From the NCBI GenBank assembly GCA_020891255.1, contig BQFW01000002.1, forward strand, positions 3,906,001 to 3,970,000: a DNA stretch of 64,000 nt, in the 5' to 3' direction. The position numbers and the translations under genes were made by a program. Each line of letters starts with the position of its first letter. Position 1 is the first letter of the stretch. This document shows, piece after piece, positions 63,389 to 64,000 of the stretch. Source of the DNA: Entomortierella parvispora E1425. Its lineage: Eukaryota > Fungi > Mortierellomycota. The notes beneath the pieces were generated by a model. It worked only from the letters and a program-made list of their open reading frames with translations, was not told the origin of the DNA and did no database searches.

Positions 63389-63643
63389 AAGAAAACGGAA
63401 GGCATGTCAGGAATGGGATGACATGTGGGGAAGGAATGTGACAAGGTGAATCGTTGGGAGGCGTTGTGATTCGACAACCGACAGCGATGTGACCCAGATC
63501 GACAAACCCTTAATGACAACCCTTAAGCACCTTCCTTTTATATTCATCCTATGTAAAGGGCCACATTTGCCGCCAGCCCCTCTACGAGGACATGACCACC
63601 TGCGGCGGTCACGTGGTGAGGAGAGAGGGCTGGGTCGAGCCTA
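63389..63643 (-). repeat. Right terminal inverted repeat (255 bp)
   Basis: Reverse complement of 56754-57008; ends CTA and is followed by the TSD. Confidence 0.95.
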
Positions 63644-64000
63644 CTTGGGGGACTGGTCCTTGATAGACCCTTAAGTTTTCTCCATAAGATCAGCCCCCGG
63701 AGGAGTTGGCTGAGTTCTCTCTTTCTCTATCTCCAATCAAAATGGTTAGTCACGTGGAGTGCAATCCATCGCTGACCGGATCCACCCAGGATCGCCTGCC
63801 ATCCATCCATTGCGACACCAGTGGCAACAAGCGAACCATCCGCATCGGCAGTACGATCCAGTTCAAGATCAGGAGTGGAAGCGCCAATATCATCATCGAC
63901 ACCCAAGACCGACATGAACGAAAAGATGAAAATAGGATGTGACATGGAACAAGTCATCCAACACAGCCATGACACCCGACTTTGCATTGCGAAAAGGACC

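Larger units (their letters stand above)
56754..63643. mobile_element. Complete AcademH-type DNA transposon (6890 bp)
   Basis: TAG...CTA termini; TIRs 56754-57008 and 63389-63643; perfect 9-bp TSD CTTGGGGGA (56745-56753 and 63644-63652); convergent DDE transposase and RecQ-like SF2 helicase. This matches the published AcademH architecture (Kojima 2020, recalled from memory). Confidence 0.9.

Overview
Intron-rich, gene-dense eukaryotic DNA from a fungus; an early-diverging lineage such as Mortierellaceae/Mucoromycota is likely (inference from intron size, gene content and transposon family). About 25 host genes can be reconstructed by hand: the 3' end of a Kin1/MARK-type KA1 kinase, aspartate aminotransferase, an AVT-type amino-acid transporter, a mucin-like membrane protein, a divergent importin-alpha, a DnaJ protein, CDC45, a Vps3/Vam6-type CNH protein, RPL39, a DUF3605/HIT-like protein, GAR1, a tail-anchored protein, uL15, NDUFAF5, HEM3, a CE4 deacetylase plus a decayed tandem copy, a tandem Myb/SANT-like protein, a TBC protein, JMJD5, NAA15, ECHDC1, an alpha/beta hydrolase, an Ecl1-like protein and a YANK/STK32 kinase. 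The standout is a complete 6.9-kb AcademH-type DNA transposon (56754-63643). It has 255-bp TIRs, TAG...CTA ends, a perfect 9-bp TSD, a DDE transposase with a +1 frameshift and a convergent RecQ-like helicase. It also carries an apparent third spliced zinc-finger gene and three internal tandem-repeat arrays, and sits about 225 bp upstream of the kinase start codon. Other points of interest are a PTS2-like motif on the aminotransferase, a degenerate-IBB importin-alpha and an unidentified ~260-nt structured RNA candidate after HEM3. No tRNA, rRNA or CRISPR array was recognised. All identifications are by eye, without database searches, and exon models are manual.
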